DNA of 61,439 nucleotides, the filler included, from Collodictyon triciliatum (lineage: Eukaryota): the NCBI GenBank assembly GCA_043381765.1. It is 5 parts of 5 records of this genome, joined end to end, with 100 filler letters (N's around TTAATTAATTAA, not from the genome) between each part and the next. Parts side by side here need not be neighbours in the genome. Positions count along the whole stretch, not along the records: positions 14,249 to 28,393 come from JBHJMP010001865.1; positions 28,494 to 42,634 come from JBHJMP010001866.1; positions 42,735 to 56,867 come from JBHJMP010001868.1; positions 56,968 to 61,439 come from JBHJMP010002004.1; 1 more part is not named here. One strand, 5' to 3'. The notes beneath the pieces are model-generated. The model worked only from the letters and a program-made list of their open reading frames with translations, did no database searches and was not told the origin of the DNA. Position 1 is the first letter of the stretch. Each line of letters starts with the position of its first letter. A program made the position numbers and the translations under genes. Below, piece after piece: positions 26,560 through 57,057 of this stretch.

Positions 26560-28257
26560 GGCCGCTTCTGGCTCCGTTTTTGTTCTTGTGCTTTGTGCTT
26601 GGCTTTTTCTTTGAGAGACTAGTTTATTATTATATTAATAGATATTTTATTTGTATTTTTGTTTTATTTTGATTTCATCCAAGCATTTTTTGTTGTTGTT
26701 TTTTTGTTGGTTGCCTCAGCAGATATCTCTCTTCGTTTAAGAAATACTCTGTGAGGAAGACATCCAGTTCTCTGCGTGTCAGTTGGCGGCAGAATGTGTT
26801 TGGATATTATAGAGCAAGTGTGCTTCAGGAGGAGATATTCAATCTGCGGTGTTGAAGATGACGATGTTGGGTATCTGCTGATTACCCTGTCAATCGCAGG
26901 TATTCATTCGCGCTGCGATGGATGTTGCAGACACGAGCAACTTAGGTGATGCTTCCAATAAAAACTAGGCTGAATGTCCTGATGGCGGGATAACTTCAAT
27001 GACGATTATCCACATCTCTTGCAATAAAAAGGATATAATAACATTGCAAAATAAAAAAAAAAAGTGATTCATAGGAAAAATACAAGGGTCACGAAAAAGG
27101 CAGCAAAAGGAGTGGCCTCATGGATAACCGTATGTTTTGCGCACCCTGAAAAAAAAAAATCAATCCATCAAAGCAGGAAAGCTTTTGTAATGAAACTTTA
27201 TGATTTTTTTCAACAAAGAAAAACAACAGATTTTGTTTGTAAATCAGGCACAAAGAACGAATGAAAGTTTGGTTTGTGATGGAAGATGGATGATACACAC
27301 TCTATTTAAATCCTCGGTGACGGCAAGTGTATCAAAATGGTTATAATCTGATCGAAAAAAATGAGACCGATAGCTATAATAGTAAGGCGGAAATAAAAAT
27401 ATGCAGCGATGTGGCGGGAGTTCCGGTTTGTGAATTGCGCATATTTCATTACGGCAGGCATGCGGGTGGAAAGATTGAGCTTGTAATTATTTTTTTTTTA
27501 AATCGATGGATATGTTGGACAGAAGAAGCTAAACCACCAATCTGGATGATAATCGATAAGGAGGATTCAATAAAACCGATGACATTCTTTTATGTTGAAA
27601 TCACCGCAAAAAATAAGGCTGGCGACAACTTTGTGTACGGAAAAGCCCCAAGATGGTTAAGTTTATGCAAACCCTAATATGCGTGCTGCTCTTGCAAGAT
27701 AAATGAAAAAGGCAATTTTAGACCTCGCTTGTTTGACAGATAAGGGTATTATGGCAGTCTCAGGGCTAGTCAGGCGAAGGAGGACTTTGATGAGGCGCAC
27801 CAGATGGAGTTCAGGCAGTGATGGCGTTGTTCGTGACTGAAGAATGGGGTGAATATTCGAAAACCTTGATGTCGCCAAAGTTGTATGGTTTTGTAATTTG
27901 TGGCCTCTTTCGTCTGCAACGGCATTTTGCGTTGGTTGATATTATATAAATTCCACATTTAGTGTATTGAAGAAAACCAGCACACATAAAACAACACATA
28001 AAACAACACATAAAACAACACATAAAACAACACATAAAACAACACATAAAACAACACATAAAACAACACATAAAACAACACATAAAAACACATAAAAAAA
28101 CGCATACTCTTCAATTGGTCTTATATAAACTGGGATATTAAAGGATAGTTGAACACAAGGCAATATAACTAGGGAACTCAAATACCTAAAAAAAAATCTT
28201 GGCGATCAAACTTGCATTTTTTTTAATATTTTTTTCGCAGAAAGGAACACTTTTGAG

Positions 28258-28306
28258 ATGGGCGCTTCGTCCTCAGCTCTCCAAGAAGACAGCGTCGAAT
28301 TCCATG
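28258..28306 (+). CDS. Probable first exon of an N-myristoylated protein, truncated by the contig end
   Basis: MGASSSALQEDSVEFH (MGxxxS motif) followed by a G|GTTTGG donor, then a microsatellite and the spacer. Confidence 0.4.
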
Positions 28307-28683
28307 GTTTGGCTTTCCTTGTCATCTGCAAAAAACAAAAAACAAAAAACAAAAAACAAAAAACAAAAAACAAAAAACAAAAAACAAAAAACANNNNNNN
28401 NNNNNNNNNNNNNNNNNNNNNNNNNNNNNNNNNNNNNTTAATTAATTAANNNNNNNNNNNNNNNNNNNNNNNNNNNNNNNNNNNNNNNNNNNNGAAAAAA
28501 AGAAAAAAAGAAAAAAAGAAAAAAAGAAAAAAAGAAAAAAAGAAAAAAAGAAAAAAAGAAAAAAAGAAAAAAAGAAAAAAAGAAAAAAAGAAAAAAAAAG
28601 AAAAAACAAAAAGAAAAACACACAGCCAAAGCAAAAACTAAGCACTGACCGAACTCACCTTAGAAAGCAAATAAACCATCGCC

Positions 28684-41485
<12,802 letters not shown>

Positions 41486-41940
41486 CGTGGTGATTGAAGC
41501 TGTGTGTTTTATATATATTTTAGAAATAAGATGGGAGGCAGGATGGTCGGCCTTCGTTGGCTGTCATTGTATGATGCCGAGTGGATATTTGTTGATTCAC
41601 CCCCAATTGCTTTTCTCTCATTGCAACATTCTTCTTGTGCGTGCTGTGTGCCTCTCTGCAAGGGAATTAGTTTGTGTACGTGGACAGTTTATAAAACGGA
41701 ATTGATGCAATTGCTTGTTTCTTTATAGATTCTCTTTGTGATTGGGTATAGTCCGATTTAAGGGAAGGAATAACATTGTAAAAATGGATATGAAAAGAAA
41801 AAGAAAAAGGGATGTGAAATGACGAGATATAACCGAGGAACTGACCGCAATCATGCTTCTTTTTCTTTCCTGAGTGATGATGATGTGAATGGAAAGAGAA
41901 GTGGAATAAAAGAAAAGAAAAGAACGAATGTGCGCATGGG

Positions 41941-42468
41941 CTACTTCTTTTTCTTGCCCTTTCTTGAAGTAACGTGGGAAAACGGAGCAGTCTCGGGCGC
42001 AGCGATTGCGTTTGATGTGACGGCTGGTGCAAATCCCGCCCCGCTTTCGTTCTCATCAGCAGTGTCCTCCTCTGCCTTTGTGCTTATTCCCCGGCGTTCG
42101 ACAGAGTTTGGTTGGCTCCCGAGACTTGTCACGTCAGACATGTTGCGCGCCTCAGCCGTTCGCCGACGAAGGAACTCAGACGCAAAAGACGATGTTTCGT
42201 GGGTGTCTCGCATATAGGATGCGACGGTCGCCTGAACTTCGAGCGCGTCCACAGTCATCAAATAGTCAAACAGCATCGAGCCTGAATTGCAAAAGGGTGC
42301 GGTTGTTTAGCAGATGACTTTATGTATTGGTTTGTATAAAAGTTTGAGTGAAGGATTCATTACTGTCTGCATCGCATAATTGTTTAATGCGCGACACGCT
42401 CCAGTCGAAGAAAGAGCGAGTCAAGGCAAAATCTTTGTCAAGGCAGGAGCGCGCAATTTCTGACCCAT
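41941..42468 (-). CDS. C-terminal two exons of a GIGYF/Smy2-like (GYF-family) protein; 5' part lost at the spacer
   Basis: FFDWSVSRIKQL...MLFDYLMTV...EVQATVASYM...FASEFLRRR...FSHVTSRKGKKKK* resembles the GIGYF-type C-terminal pattern. The GYF domain itself is not visible. Confidence 0.6.
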
Positions 42469-42879
42469 CTGAAACGATGTTAAAAAAAAAAAAAGAAAGA
42501 AATAGAACGGTTAAAAATAAAAACAGAAATGGAAAAAAAAGAGAAAAAAGAGAAAAAAGAGAAAAAAGAGAAAAAAGAGAAAAAAGAGAAAAAAGAGAAA
42601 AAAGAGAAAAAAGAGAAAAAAGAGAAAAAAGAGANNNNNNNNNNNNNNNNNNNNNNNNNNNNNNNNNNNNNNNNNNNNTTAATTAATTAANNNNNNNNNN
42701 NNNNNNNNNNNNNNNNNNNNNNNNNNNNNNNNNNGCATAAACAGCATAAACAGCATTTTTTTTCCTTTATTCGATTCAAAGTGTAGCGAGGTTATGCCAT
42801 ACAAAGGGGCGGGATGGGAGCGCATGGGAGAGAGCAAACGCGAGTAGGGGAAGACAATACCGTGGAGAGGTTAGCACCG

Positions 42880-44268
42880 GAAAGAAGTCAGTGATAGCGA
42901 GCTGGACGCGCTATGTTCTTAAAATATGGAAATATAATTCAATGTAAGGTGATGGTAGACTGGGAGACAGGATTGAGTAAGGAGATTGGATTCGTAAGGT
43001 GATTATTGTTTTGCTTTTTTTTTTTTTTAAAAAAAAACAAATCACCAAAGATATCCACACTAATCGTGTTGAAGATTTCTCATAAGATGTCTCTTTATAT
43101 AATCTATGCAACTTGCTTATCTCTGATATATTTTATGATTTCATTTTCAAACTGTTTTTATTTCCTTTACATAGGTTTGAAACCATAGAACAAGCTACCA
43201 ATGCAATGAAGGCGATGAATGGAACAATTTTATCTTCTCAATTCCCACCATTGGTTGGTAGGATATTAAACATACCCCTCATAACTGGATACGTCTGTTT
43301 CACTTTTCTGTAGGCATTATAAAATCAGGGATAATTTTTTTCTAACCATTTTTACTTTTCATTATTAATTGTTTTTTTAAATAATTCAGTTAAGTATGCC
43401 GATAGTGAAGAAAGGAAAACGGAGAAGAAAATAAAATCTCTGAAAAAGTCACTGAAGTTGACGCGTCTGTCGACGCAATTTTGTGGTAACATGGCCCCGT
43501 CTCTTTCAAGTCATGCAGGTGGTATGGGTATGAGATGGAGGGAAATTGAATCACCAAAAGATGGAGTTCTTCCTGATAATATTGCTGGTGGGGAGCCACA
43601 CTTTCCCCAAATAGCTTATGGGGATGTAAATGGTACAAATTCCTATTATACGCCCACTGGACATGGTTCACAAAATGGTTCATACTCAGAGCTGCGCAAC
43701 TGTCCCCTTATGCATCATGTCACTCATAGGTCATCCGTTGAGCATGATATACATTATTACCACCCATTGCACCAAACATTGGTCGAATATCAGTATGAGC
43801 CGTATTTGATTGACACACAGACTCAAGAAAGGCGCATTCTAGTTCCTACGACAGCCCCAGTCCCAGTCCCAGTTTCAGTTTTGAATCGTCACATGCAAAG
43901 TATCTACACGATGTCTTTACATCATCTGGGTCAAAATACACCCCATCATGGAACTTATGTACCTCCATCATTTCAATTACATTCAAAAACTCAATCTGAA
44001 ATATTTCACCACCCACTTAATTATCCTCTTTACGTCACGAATTTACCAAGTAATGTCACAAATCCGCCATCGAATTCACCTTGTAGAGGCAATCCATCAA
44101 ATTCAAAGGTTTATAAAATAAAAATATGATTATATTTAGAGAAAAAAAACTTGAATCTTTATGAAAATTAAGAAACACCATTCATGTGCTTTTAGTCGAA
44201 AAATAGTCAAGTTGCAAGAAAAAAGACAGAACCTGCGAAGCCAACTTCATCGGCACCAGGGGATAAAA
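42880..44268 (+). CDS. RRM (CELF/ELAV-like) RNA-binding protein with a His/Pro-rich tail; both ends unresolved
   Basis: MFLKYGNIIQCKVMVDWETGLSKEIGFVR|FETIEQATNAMKAMNG...PPLV|VKYAD, with in-phase GT-AG introns. Confidence 0.75.
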
Positions 44269-45366
44269 GTATGCGTAAACAGAAGCAAAACCATTTTTAA
44301 AGAAAAACTGTTTTGGAAATTTAAAAATATATGTATAGACTTTGAAGAGTCCAATTACTTTATTTTATTTTTGTTAATTATGATGGAACTAATGTGCTCT
44401 TAGCGCAGAAAGAAACAAATTAAAAACGAGAATATGCAGAGAAAAACAATTAACCTTTGACTCAAACTAGGACGGTAATTCTTTCCGAGGAGAAGAGCTG
44501 TTAGATTCAATGAGGAGTATATGCATATAATTTCGCCTATCAAGAGAATCGATGGAGCATATACAAGGAGTTCTTTTTAGTCCATGTAATAAAAAAAAAT
44601 CATTGAATTTGATTTTCTCATCTGTTAGACTCCTTTTTTTGAAGCAGTTTTTGAAATCGAATAAAGGAAGATATTCTTATGGCCTTAATTTACCCATCGA
44701 TAGAAAAAAAAAATCAATAATAATACTAACAAAATTTAACCGTTAAAGTAAAAATTAAAGTAAAAGTAAAGAAAAGAAAAAGAAAAGTAAAGTAATAGTG
44801 AAAGGTAAAATCGCAAAGACGGGCGCTCCATAAAGCCTTATACATATGATATTGTAATAATAATGGCAAATTTACTGGTCTAACCAAACAAAGAAAATGC
44901 TGAAAAAACATTAATTACTGGACCACGTTTTTGAATACACAAACTACTTCAATCGACGCACGAATATTGTAATTGGATGTTATCCACGGACTTGGTCCAA
45001 GCTATAAAATCTCGTTAATGGAATTGAATTACATTCGATTTCGTTACAACAAAAAATTCATAACAAACTAATAGAAAATAGAGCACAATATATCTTGATT
45101 TTTCATGATGACCAGCGAGGCTGCGGAGAAAAGCCATAGATGCTCCGACGATTCTACAGGTTCGACAAATACACGAGACACATTAGAGGAATTTACTATA
45201 AAGGAAAACATACATTTACCACATCTTTCTTCATACCCTTATGTATTTTCTGGAGTGAAATGATGATGTGCAAAAGGCCATGGGAGGATATGGCCATACT
45301 AATGAATATTTCATTCGCATTTTTTTGTGTTATTCTACGCTTCTGTCATCATTTGGGAATTTGCAG

Positions 45367-47170
45367 ACGATAGAAAGACCAAAGGAATTCACAACACGGC
45401 TGAACCGTCATTTTCTCAAATACTTCGAACTGATTCATTCATCCAATATCAAAATAAAATTACATTATACAATTTGATAAAAACAAAAAGAAAGTATTAT
45501 AGCCACTACACCACAAACGAGATAGCCCATGTAATGTACATGATATCGTCTGGTGTCAGCTACCTTCATGGAAGAAACATGTATCATTTGAGGATTTCAT
45601 CATCAGCTGTTGTTATCGAAGGAGATAGAGTCAAATTGACTGATACCAGTGGCTGTTTGTATCATACAGAGGATAAAAATCGATGGGTTGATATAAGGGT
45701 GGATGAATCCAAAGGTCTGAATTTTCGCTGGGCTAGTCCTGAGTGGTTTACAGGCATAGTAAAACCGTGGTGTGCAGATATATTTTCTTTGGGTACATTG
45801 GCATGGGCTACATTCTATATGGCTGAGCCGTTTGGAGGATGGACGCTTGAGGAAGTCAAGGCTAGGTTTCTTTCGCGTGTGTCATTGCCCGTCCCAGGGT
45901 ATGTTCCATATTTTTGGAATGATATAATTACAAGATGCTGGTCGTTTGACTTAAACACACGACCAACCTCCGATAGCTTAGCTCGAGAAATATTCACTTT
46001 TATCCAAAAAAACATCGCTGAACCGCCGTTTGGGATACAAATAGGTAAACAGAAAATACTGTAATTGATTCGGTTAAAAGAATAAAAAAAAAAAAGCGTC
46101 AATATTAATACTATAAAACCATAATCTAATAAACTTCCCTCCCTTACAAAGCACAAGATGCCAACAAAAAGATGTGTCTGCAAGTAAAAATTGCAAGGGA
46201 TGCCCTTTCCGAGCAGAGAGCTCGTGCTCTAAGTGGGATTTTTCATGCTTTAAGATTAACAAATCAAGGTAATTACAAAGAAGCAGTGGAAGCTTTAACC
46301 GAAGCACCTATGACGGCCGATGGCTCCTTTTTTACACTTGTCTTCCTTTACGCACTTTACACTCACTTTCCGTATCTCATCCATACCCCACGGACTGTAA
46401 TTTGGGAAGAAGAGTTTCTGGGTAAGATAAGAAATGTGAAGAGGGAGGACCAAGCACGGGGGTTTGAGGTGATGTATGAGGCAAAAGAATCTACACCATG
46501 GTTGCGGTATTTGTGCGGGCTGTGTCTGATTTCAGGGTGGGGTGTTTGCCGGGATGACGTTCGAGCATACAGCGTTTTTCAAGTTTCCGCCGACGAAGGA
46601 TGTCTCGGCTCATCTTGTAGTGTTGGAGTGTGCTACTTGCGGGGCTGGGGAGTGGAATGCAACCTTGCCAAGGCTGCAGAATGGTTCCAGAAAGCTGCGG
46701 CCAGTGGCTCGGTTTATGCTCATTTGCTGCTGGGTAGAATGTTCGAGGAGGGAATCGGCAAAGAAAGGAACGCAGCTAAATCTGTAGAGCATTTTCGGCA
46801 CGCCGCAGAAATGCAAAACCACACAGCACAGTTGAACCTGGCAAACTGTTACAAGAATGGGTTTGGGTTGCCTCAGGACATGGGTTTGGCTGTATGTTGG
46901 TATCGCATGTCTGCAACGCACGGAAACCCATTTGCATGGATATGTCTCGGAAACTGCTTTTCCAGTGGGGAAGGAACCAACGTAGATATAGTCCAGGCCA
47001 TCAAATGCTATCAATCAGCTTGTGGACTGGGTGTGGAGGTCTCTCGCTATTATCGCTCCGGTTACATCATTTCGAGAGTGGATGAGAGTACTTTGGACAT
47101 GTGCGCACGAATATGGCACAGAAAAGCACAACTCAAGGTGAGCAGTGTACTGCAGTGTGAGAACAGTTGA
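45367..47170 (+). CDS. TKL-like pseudokinase fused to SEL1-like repeats; 5' exons unresolved
   Basis: ISSGVSYLH, HLRISSSAV (no HRD), KLTDTS (no DFG), RWASPE, ADIFSLG, CW...RP. A phase-1 intron joins this to about five SEL1 repeats (GxCYxxGxGV..D...A..WF..AA..G). Confidence 0.75.
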
Positions 47171-47248
47171 CATGGGTTTTAATCAGAAGAGAACGCTCAT
47201 GGTGGTGAGTCGTCAGTGCGCGAGATACAACTCAGCCTTTCTTTCAGT

Positions 47249-49589
47249 TTATTCGGTCTCCTTGGTGGGATTGGATAAAAAAGTATCAAGTTCGTGTAGT
47301 AACTTTGAAGCTGAGCCGCGCTTCTTGGGTTTCGGTTGCGATGAATGGGGCTTCCATCCCGTCAAGTAGAGAACCTGCGGGCAAACATAACTTGAATAAA
47401 AAAAATTCGTTGAATTTGATTTGACTTATTCTCACCTGGAATGTGGCTGGCACCGAGCCATCTTCTTTGCTTCCATACATTTCCTGCGGTGGTGTCGAAT
47501 GGCAGTGATTGAGGGCAATCAGAACCCATTACATAATGATGATGCTAAGCGTACCGAGTAGAAAGCAGCGGCAGACATCAACGTCTCTTTCTTGAGGAAA
47601 GGCCTTCTGAGAATGACCGAGTTCGTCTCGCCCATACCGCGGAGGTCGTGCATCAGAGTGAATGGGTCAGGGTACTGAACACAGATTTCATCCACATCAA
47701 CTGAAAGAATTAATTTTTGCTTCGTTTATTTCAAAAAGGCATGCAATTATAGAGATACTCTGGTTTAACAATATTCCTTTCCTTCTTTGTGGCCTTTGCA
47801 TCTTCAAAGTTTAAGCGAACATCCACGACAGAACCTGCTATTAAAGCATATCCACATCGAGTGAGAAGACTTCCACCATCGCGAATATCGGAAAACGGTG
47901 ATATACGAGGACTAATACCGCCCTCTCTTTCCTGTTCCGCAACTAATAGAGAGCTCCTATGCCATTCAAAACATCATCATTTCTTTTCTTTTATTCATGT
48001 ATCATGCAAAAGCCTATCATTTACTACTATTTTATTTCTTCTCTTTGACAATTAGTGGTATTCATCAAGAAGAACATGAGGATACGGTTGCTATGCAATT
48101 TATTTGGGCAGTCTGTCTAATATCATCGATAAATATTGAGAGTAAATTTACGAGACTTCTAAAAGGTGTACCGTAATTCTTTCAGCGTTTGACCTCCATA
48201 CATCGAACATAGGAAGAGCCCATTATCCTTTAGACACTCTCGGATCTAAGAGTAGTATAATCATTGAAATGTGATTAAAATAATGCGATGGTATCTTACG
48301 GCGTAAATCATAGATTTCTTCCTTGGGTTGATATATAAACAAAATGCTGATAAGGAATAAAATGAAGCCTACCTGATACAGAGTTCCGGGAAGATCGTTA
48401 ACCCAATGGAGATTCAGGTTGCTAATGACAAGATCAAATGAATTCTTTTCAAAGGGAAGGGATTCTTCATCACATACAACCTGCTCTACAATCACGCCAT
48501 CTACCCGCAACAAATGTGCAGAAGGACATATAAGCCATTATTAGATATTTTAAAAGAAAGCACCATAATACTCAGAAGGCCAACCAGTAAGGGTTATGTA
48601 AAGTATTTAAATCCCACATCTATATGGAATTTTTAGAGTACTTGGTCGAAGAAATAACGGTTAAGATAAGGAAAATACTTTTCCAGTTGTTGCTTTGATT
48701 CCTAGCAAGAAGGCTCTCTACGGTATGAAATAAATGAAAGAGTTTAAAAATAAATGCAGTTGTTGATATAGTTCACAACCGACAAGTTTTCAGTATTTAA
48801 TGAACAAAGATAAAGAGGAGGAATAAAAGGAAATAATTCTATCACGTACGCATTTTGTCTATGAAAGAAATCAGTGAGTACTTGAAGTGTCTGTTTGGAC
48901 TATCCTTTTGACGCCCGGGCGGTTGGCAAGCAGCTTGGTAAGTTGTCCCCCGTGAGCTCCAATTTCAAGGATATTCTCGAAAATATTTTTTGTATCCTAC
49001 GAGATAAGTAAAAGAAAAGAAAGAAAAAAAAAGAAAGAGGAAAAAGGAGAAGGATTACAAATGTGAGAGACACAAAGGGTAAATAATTTTGAGTAATCAC
49101 AGGTCGATAGGACATGTTTGAAACCACGAAACATAGAGGTTAGAAGGGAAAAAGGGGGAGGGATGATTAGTTCTTTTGTTTTATTTTATTATTGTTATTA
49201 TTTTTTTAAAAAAAAGTGGAGAATAGTTACATTAAGGCGATCTTCAAGTCTAGACGCAAACTCTTCTCTGAGAAATTCGTACTGAGAGGGATTGTCGTAG
49301 AAGGCCGTACGCTCGCGTTGGATTTTCTTTGCCTACAAAAACAAGAGATGAATAAAAAATAACCCCCATTAATTCAATTTAAAGTAAATCGAGAGATGAA
49401 TATATAAATCACGAAAGTGTCAATAAAACAAAACGAATCCAACAGCAGAAAACTCACGTCTCGGTCGAAGATAACCATGCTTGAGTTATTTGTAGCCTGC
49501 CGGGCGAGCGAGGAAGTCCGCAACGTTCGCATGTTGCGACAGATGCCCCAGCCATGCACACCTTTGCTGAGTGCATGCCAGGTTGCCAT
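47249..49589 (-). CDS. NDUFAF5: Complex I assembly factor / arginine hydroxylase NDUFAF5, 9 exons
   Basis: [100 protein letters not shown]; all joins are GT-AG and in phase. Confidence 0.92.
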
Positions 49590-50777
49590 TCTTTCGGGTG
49601 GCTTTGTGGAGGTAGATGGAGAAGCAGGGAGTCTGTTTGTGAGGAGACCAGCAGGATTATCGTGTCGTGCCTGTGCGCTGGCAAATCGAGAAGCAGGACA
49701 ACACACACGAACATATGCTATGTGTTAAACTTTAAAACAGTTCAAATCAGATACTTGCGTTTTTTTAAGCTGTATGTGTAACATATTATTATTGATGCAG
49801 TCTGTTCTTTTGGGTGTGTTGTGTTTAACAGTCTCAAATACTCAAAGGTTAGAATCGTCTGATTCCGGAGTTATTCATCACCGATATCAGTTTCCTGTCT
49901 AGTGGGTTTGATAGAGTCGGCGCTGTTGACGATGTTTACCACGTGATTTTGTTCTTGTTTAGTAATCTTGATTATTATTACTATTTTTTTTTTAAAAAAA
50001 AAGGAAAAAGAAAAGATATTAGCATATTAATTCAGGGCTATTCATGGCCTATCTCCTCATATCTTGTTTCTTTTTTTCTGCTAGAACATGCACGTATTTC
50101 ACCAGTGTTCCTGATGGAATTATAATAGTCATAATTTTATCATATTCATAACCTGGGAGTAGAATAACGGCGGTGCATGTGTAAATCAAAAAACCTTCTC
50201 CTCGCTTGAATCAAATAAGGGGGGTGGGGGGAAGGGAATCGGTGGCGCAAGTATCAAGGTTTTTTTTTTAATATAATGTCAAACCACAACGTTCTACAAC
50301 TACCAAAGCTCTCAACGACGTCTCTTGCAGAAAATAAATGCTATTACATGTTTTATTGCTCGATGAATTTTTGGTGACATGATTGAAAGTGTGACACTTT
50401 AACTGTAATGCATAATGCATTCTATGACTCTGTTACACAATTGAAAAATGGGTGGAATATTTCACGAAAGATTCCTTCGAGAAGCAGCTAAAAGGTATCC
50501 ATCAGAAGAGCAAAATTACTGATTGACAAATCAGCCAGATTAATGGAAAATATTCATAAAATCGCTGCCCCGCATAACTACGTAGCCCATTATCGAAATT
50601 CTGGTGAGTAAGACAATGAAACGAATTTCTGAACAATACTCGTAAAGAATATCATAGTACCAACTGAATGACTGTTGTTGACAATGTGATGATGTATGAA
50701 AAAAAGAGAATTTGTGAAAAAGAGCCTGATAAGTAGATGTATGTGGGGATTTATTTTTCGAACACGCTAGCTGCATA

Positions 50778-52478
50778 CTAGGTGTGACAGTATTTGGCTG
50801 ATGCACCGGTCGCGATGAAAGTGAGAAACATGATAAACATACCTATAATTGCATTAGAAAACTAGTCATGAATTCGAAGCTTTTATTTAATTTTATTATT
50901 TCCAGAGGGGTTGAACTGGGATTGAAAGCTATACCTAGAAAAATTGATTTTGCGGCTGCCTCTTTGTCTTGGAGGTACTTGAGGGAGAGGGGAATCAACT
51001 CAGAGAAGGACAGAAATATCATAATTCCAGCAACTATGAAATGGAGAGTTTTTATGTGATGTGGCGGCGTTGTACTTGCTACTGAGAAGCATATATAACG
51101 ATATTTTTCGAAGAACAGCCCAAATGCCTTCATTCTTTTCTTTAAATTCAACAGGAACAGAAGCAACGATATATTTTCTGATACCCCACCTCAGTATTTT
51201 CTACAAACTACATAAGATGTGTACAAAAGTAAATCAATTTGTCTTAACCTAGTGCCAGGAGGGAAGCTACTATCGTTTCTGATATTTGCCCAGTGAAGAA
51301 GATAGCCACGAACAACACTCCTAGTGGCTCAAAGAGACCAGAGATTGTTGCTGCTAGAATGGCATTCTTTTTGTTTCGGGTTGCATAATATATAGGCATC
51401 GCCACTGACATGCCTACGAGCAAGTGAGTATTATTGATTGTACGCATACTCTAACCTGTATATGAGCCTATACTGGCGGAGATGGTGCGATGGTGACTAA
51501 AAGAAGTGAATGTGGTGGAAATATGAAATACAGATATTGTTTTCCGTGTTGAGCAAATACCTTCAGGAATGTTGTGTATAGTAATTCCAATAGCCAGGGC
51601 CAGCCCAAGTTTCAAATCTGGGCGTATAATAGTAAAAAGAAAAGAAAAAGAGAAAGAAAAAGCAATTGTTCAAAAGTTCTGAACTATTGGTGATTTCTTT
51701 TCTTTCATATATTGTTTGTTTGAAATTGTGACAAAATATGGAGAATGGTCGTCAAGTTTCATATTATTTTTTTCTTTGAATCGAATAAAGGAAAAAAAAA
51801 AGTTCCATAGTATTTTTATTTCCTCCTGAATCATTCGAAACTAAAATAGGGGACCAGACTACACAAAAATCGATTGTCGATTGAATTACATAAAAACATC
51901 AAATTTTGAAAGCACCTTTAAACGATGTAAGGAAAACAGCCATCCCTTCGGGGAAATTGTGAAGGGCGATGCCTAAGGTTTACAATACGATGATATTGTT
52001 TCTGAAAATAAATCACTGAAATGAAGATATCTGTATAAAATTAATTACCTATTGCATTGACTATGCCAGAAAATAATACATCTCGGATCTGAACAGATAA
52101 AATAAAACATTATTTTTTGTACACATGAAATTGCTTATCAGTATAAGGGAAAAGATCCTCAAATAAGGTTTTAAGATTATAGTTGGGATGAAATTATTCG
52201 ATAAACATGTATGAGAAACATCGACCACTCCTTTAGACAAGCTTTGTCTGGTCCCATTTACATTGGATGAATCGTGTTCTGAACCCGTCCATTTGTACAG
52301 GAACGATTCAGGGTTCGGCTCGGGTATTGTTTGTATGATTGTATAAAAAAGCGCAGACCCGAGAAAGAACTTGAATGAAGTATCAAATAAATAAAATTTA
52401 TAATTATAAAATCTGTAATCATAGTAGGTTTGAAAAGATCCAATATCATTGTGGTCATGGATGTCAGTAGGTGCGACA

Positions 52479-52575
<97 letters not shown>

Positions 52576-53327
52576 TGTGAATAATAATTGTGAATAATGA
52601 TAAGTGTACACTAAATTTATGCAATGAGTGCCGCATATACCCATGCCATTGAAGATTCAAATCCGATCATAGATATTGCTTCGGGCATAAGATCGAATGC
52701 ACTTATAAAAATCATCACACCCGCAGACCAAGCCTGATTGGATCAAGAATAATCAGAGCTTTCATCGATTCGAGATGGTATAAATATTCGTTTATGTTTC
52801 ATTCACTATAAGCCTAAAATTGAATATGAAAAAAAAGCAAGGAAAAATATATATCTGCACGTAAAATGACGAGATTGTTCTTGACTTTCGTGAACAAAAA
52901 ATATGCTTGCCTGCATGTATCCAAGGAACTTCTGGCTAGGAGACTGCTTTAATGTAACCATATAACCACCTACGAATGATGCGTGAAATAAAGATGTCGT
53001 AAATATTAATTATTTTTTTTTAAAAAAAAGGACGAACCTTGAAGCATGTAAAGGAAAAGAAATAAAGGAGACCAAAGAAATATGTTGCAAAAGAAAAAAA
53101 TCCATCAAAATGAGTAGATTAATTGCCCTTTTTTCGATAGAGGATGAACTCATGCCAGACAGGGAAATAAAAACAAAAAGAAGGGGAATTATCTACATAA
53201 CAAAACATGTAAAGAAAACACCAACACTTGGCCCTGGAATGGAGATAGAAAAAAAACCTGCGGTTGTACCCAAACAACCTATGAAGGACATCAGCAGCGC
53301 TGTCAACACCTTAGAACCGTCCGACAT
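50778..53327 (-). CDS. ZIP-family zinc transporter (ZupT/GufA-like)
   Basis: SAGVMIFISAFDLMPEA, IALHNFPEGMAV, IHNIPEGMSVAMP, SGLFEPLG, VAGIMIFLSFSELIP. Confidence 0.9.
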
Positions 53328-53747
53328 ATTTATGTATCTATATATATATGTCCTCCCTGCTTTCGACTTTATTCCTTCCTTCGGCTATGTAATGTAAGTA
53401 AGCTCATATTCCCGCTTCAATCTCCCTTGTTCCTCGTTGCATGGCTGGGTGGACTTGTGAGAGTCTTAGGTGTCTGCTTTATTGGGTGTGGTTTTGCCGG
53501 CGGCCGGCCAAAAAAGCAGGAGCAGATCGAAGAAGGTGGCGCGTACACTGCCGCTTATAATTTCCTATTCTGGACGAGGGCGGAACGCGTGGCAGACCAC
53601 CACCACCACAATCTTACTGTGTCAGGTCTGGCAACAGGCGAAGTGATTTCATCCACCTACAGGTCATATTTACGGATGGAACGAACCCCAGTTAGCACGA
53701 GCTTGTCCTTTTTCTTTTCTTTTTTTTGTTTTTTTTTGTTTTGTTAA

Positions 53748-56867
<3,120 letters not shown>

Positions 56868-56967
56868 NNNNNNNNNNNNNNNNNNNNNNNNNNNNNNNNN
56901 NNNNNNNNNNNTTAATTAATTAANNNNNNNNNNNNNNNNNNNNNNNNNNNNNNNNNNNNNNNNNNNN

Positions 56968-57057
<90 letters not shown>

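Noticed and set aside
42735-42915. Frameshifts at the start of the RRM exon
   Set aside because: At a contig edge; low-quality sequence is more likely than editing or recoding.
45252-45330. AAA-TGA +1 frameshift-like site upstream of the pseudokinase ORF
   Set aside because: A second shift would be needed within 70 nt, and the region may simply be intronic.
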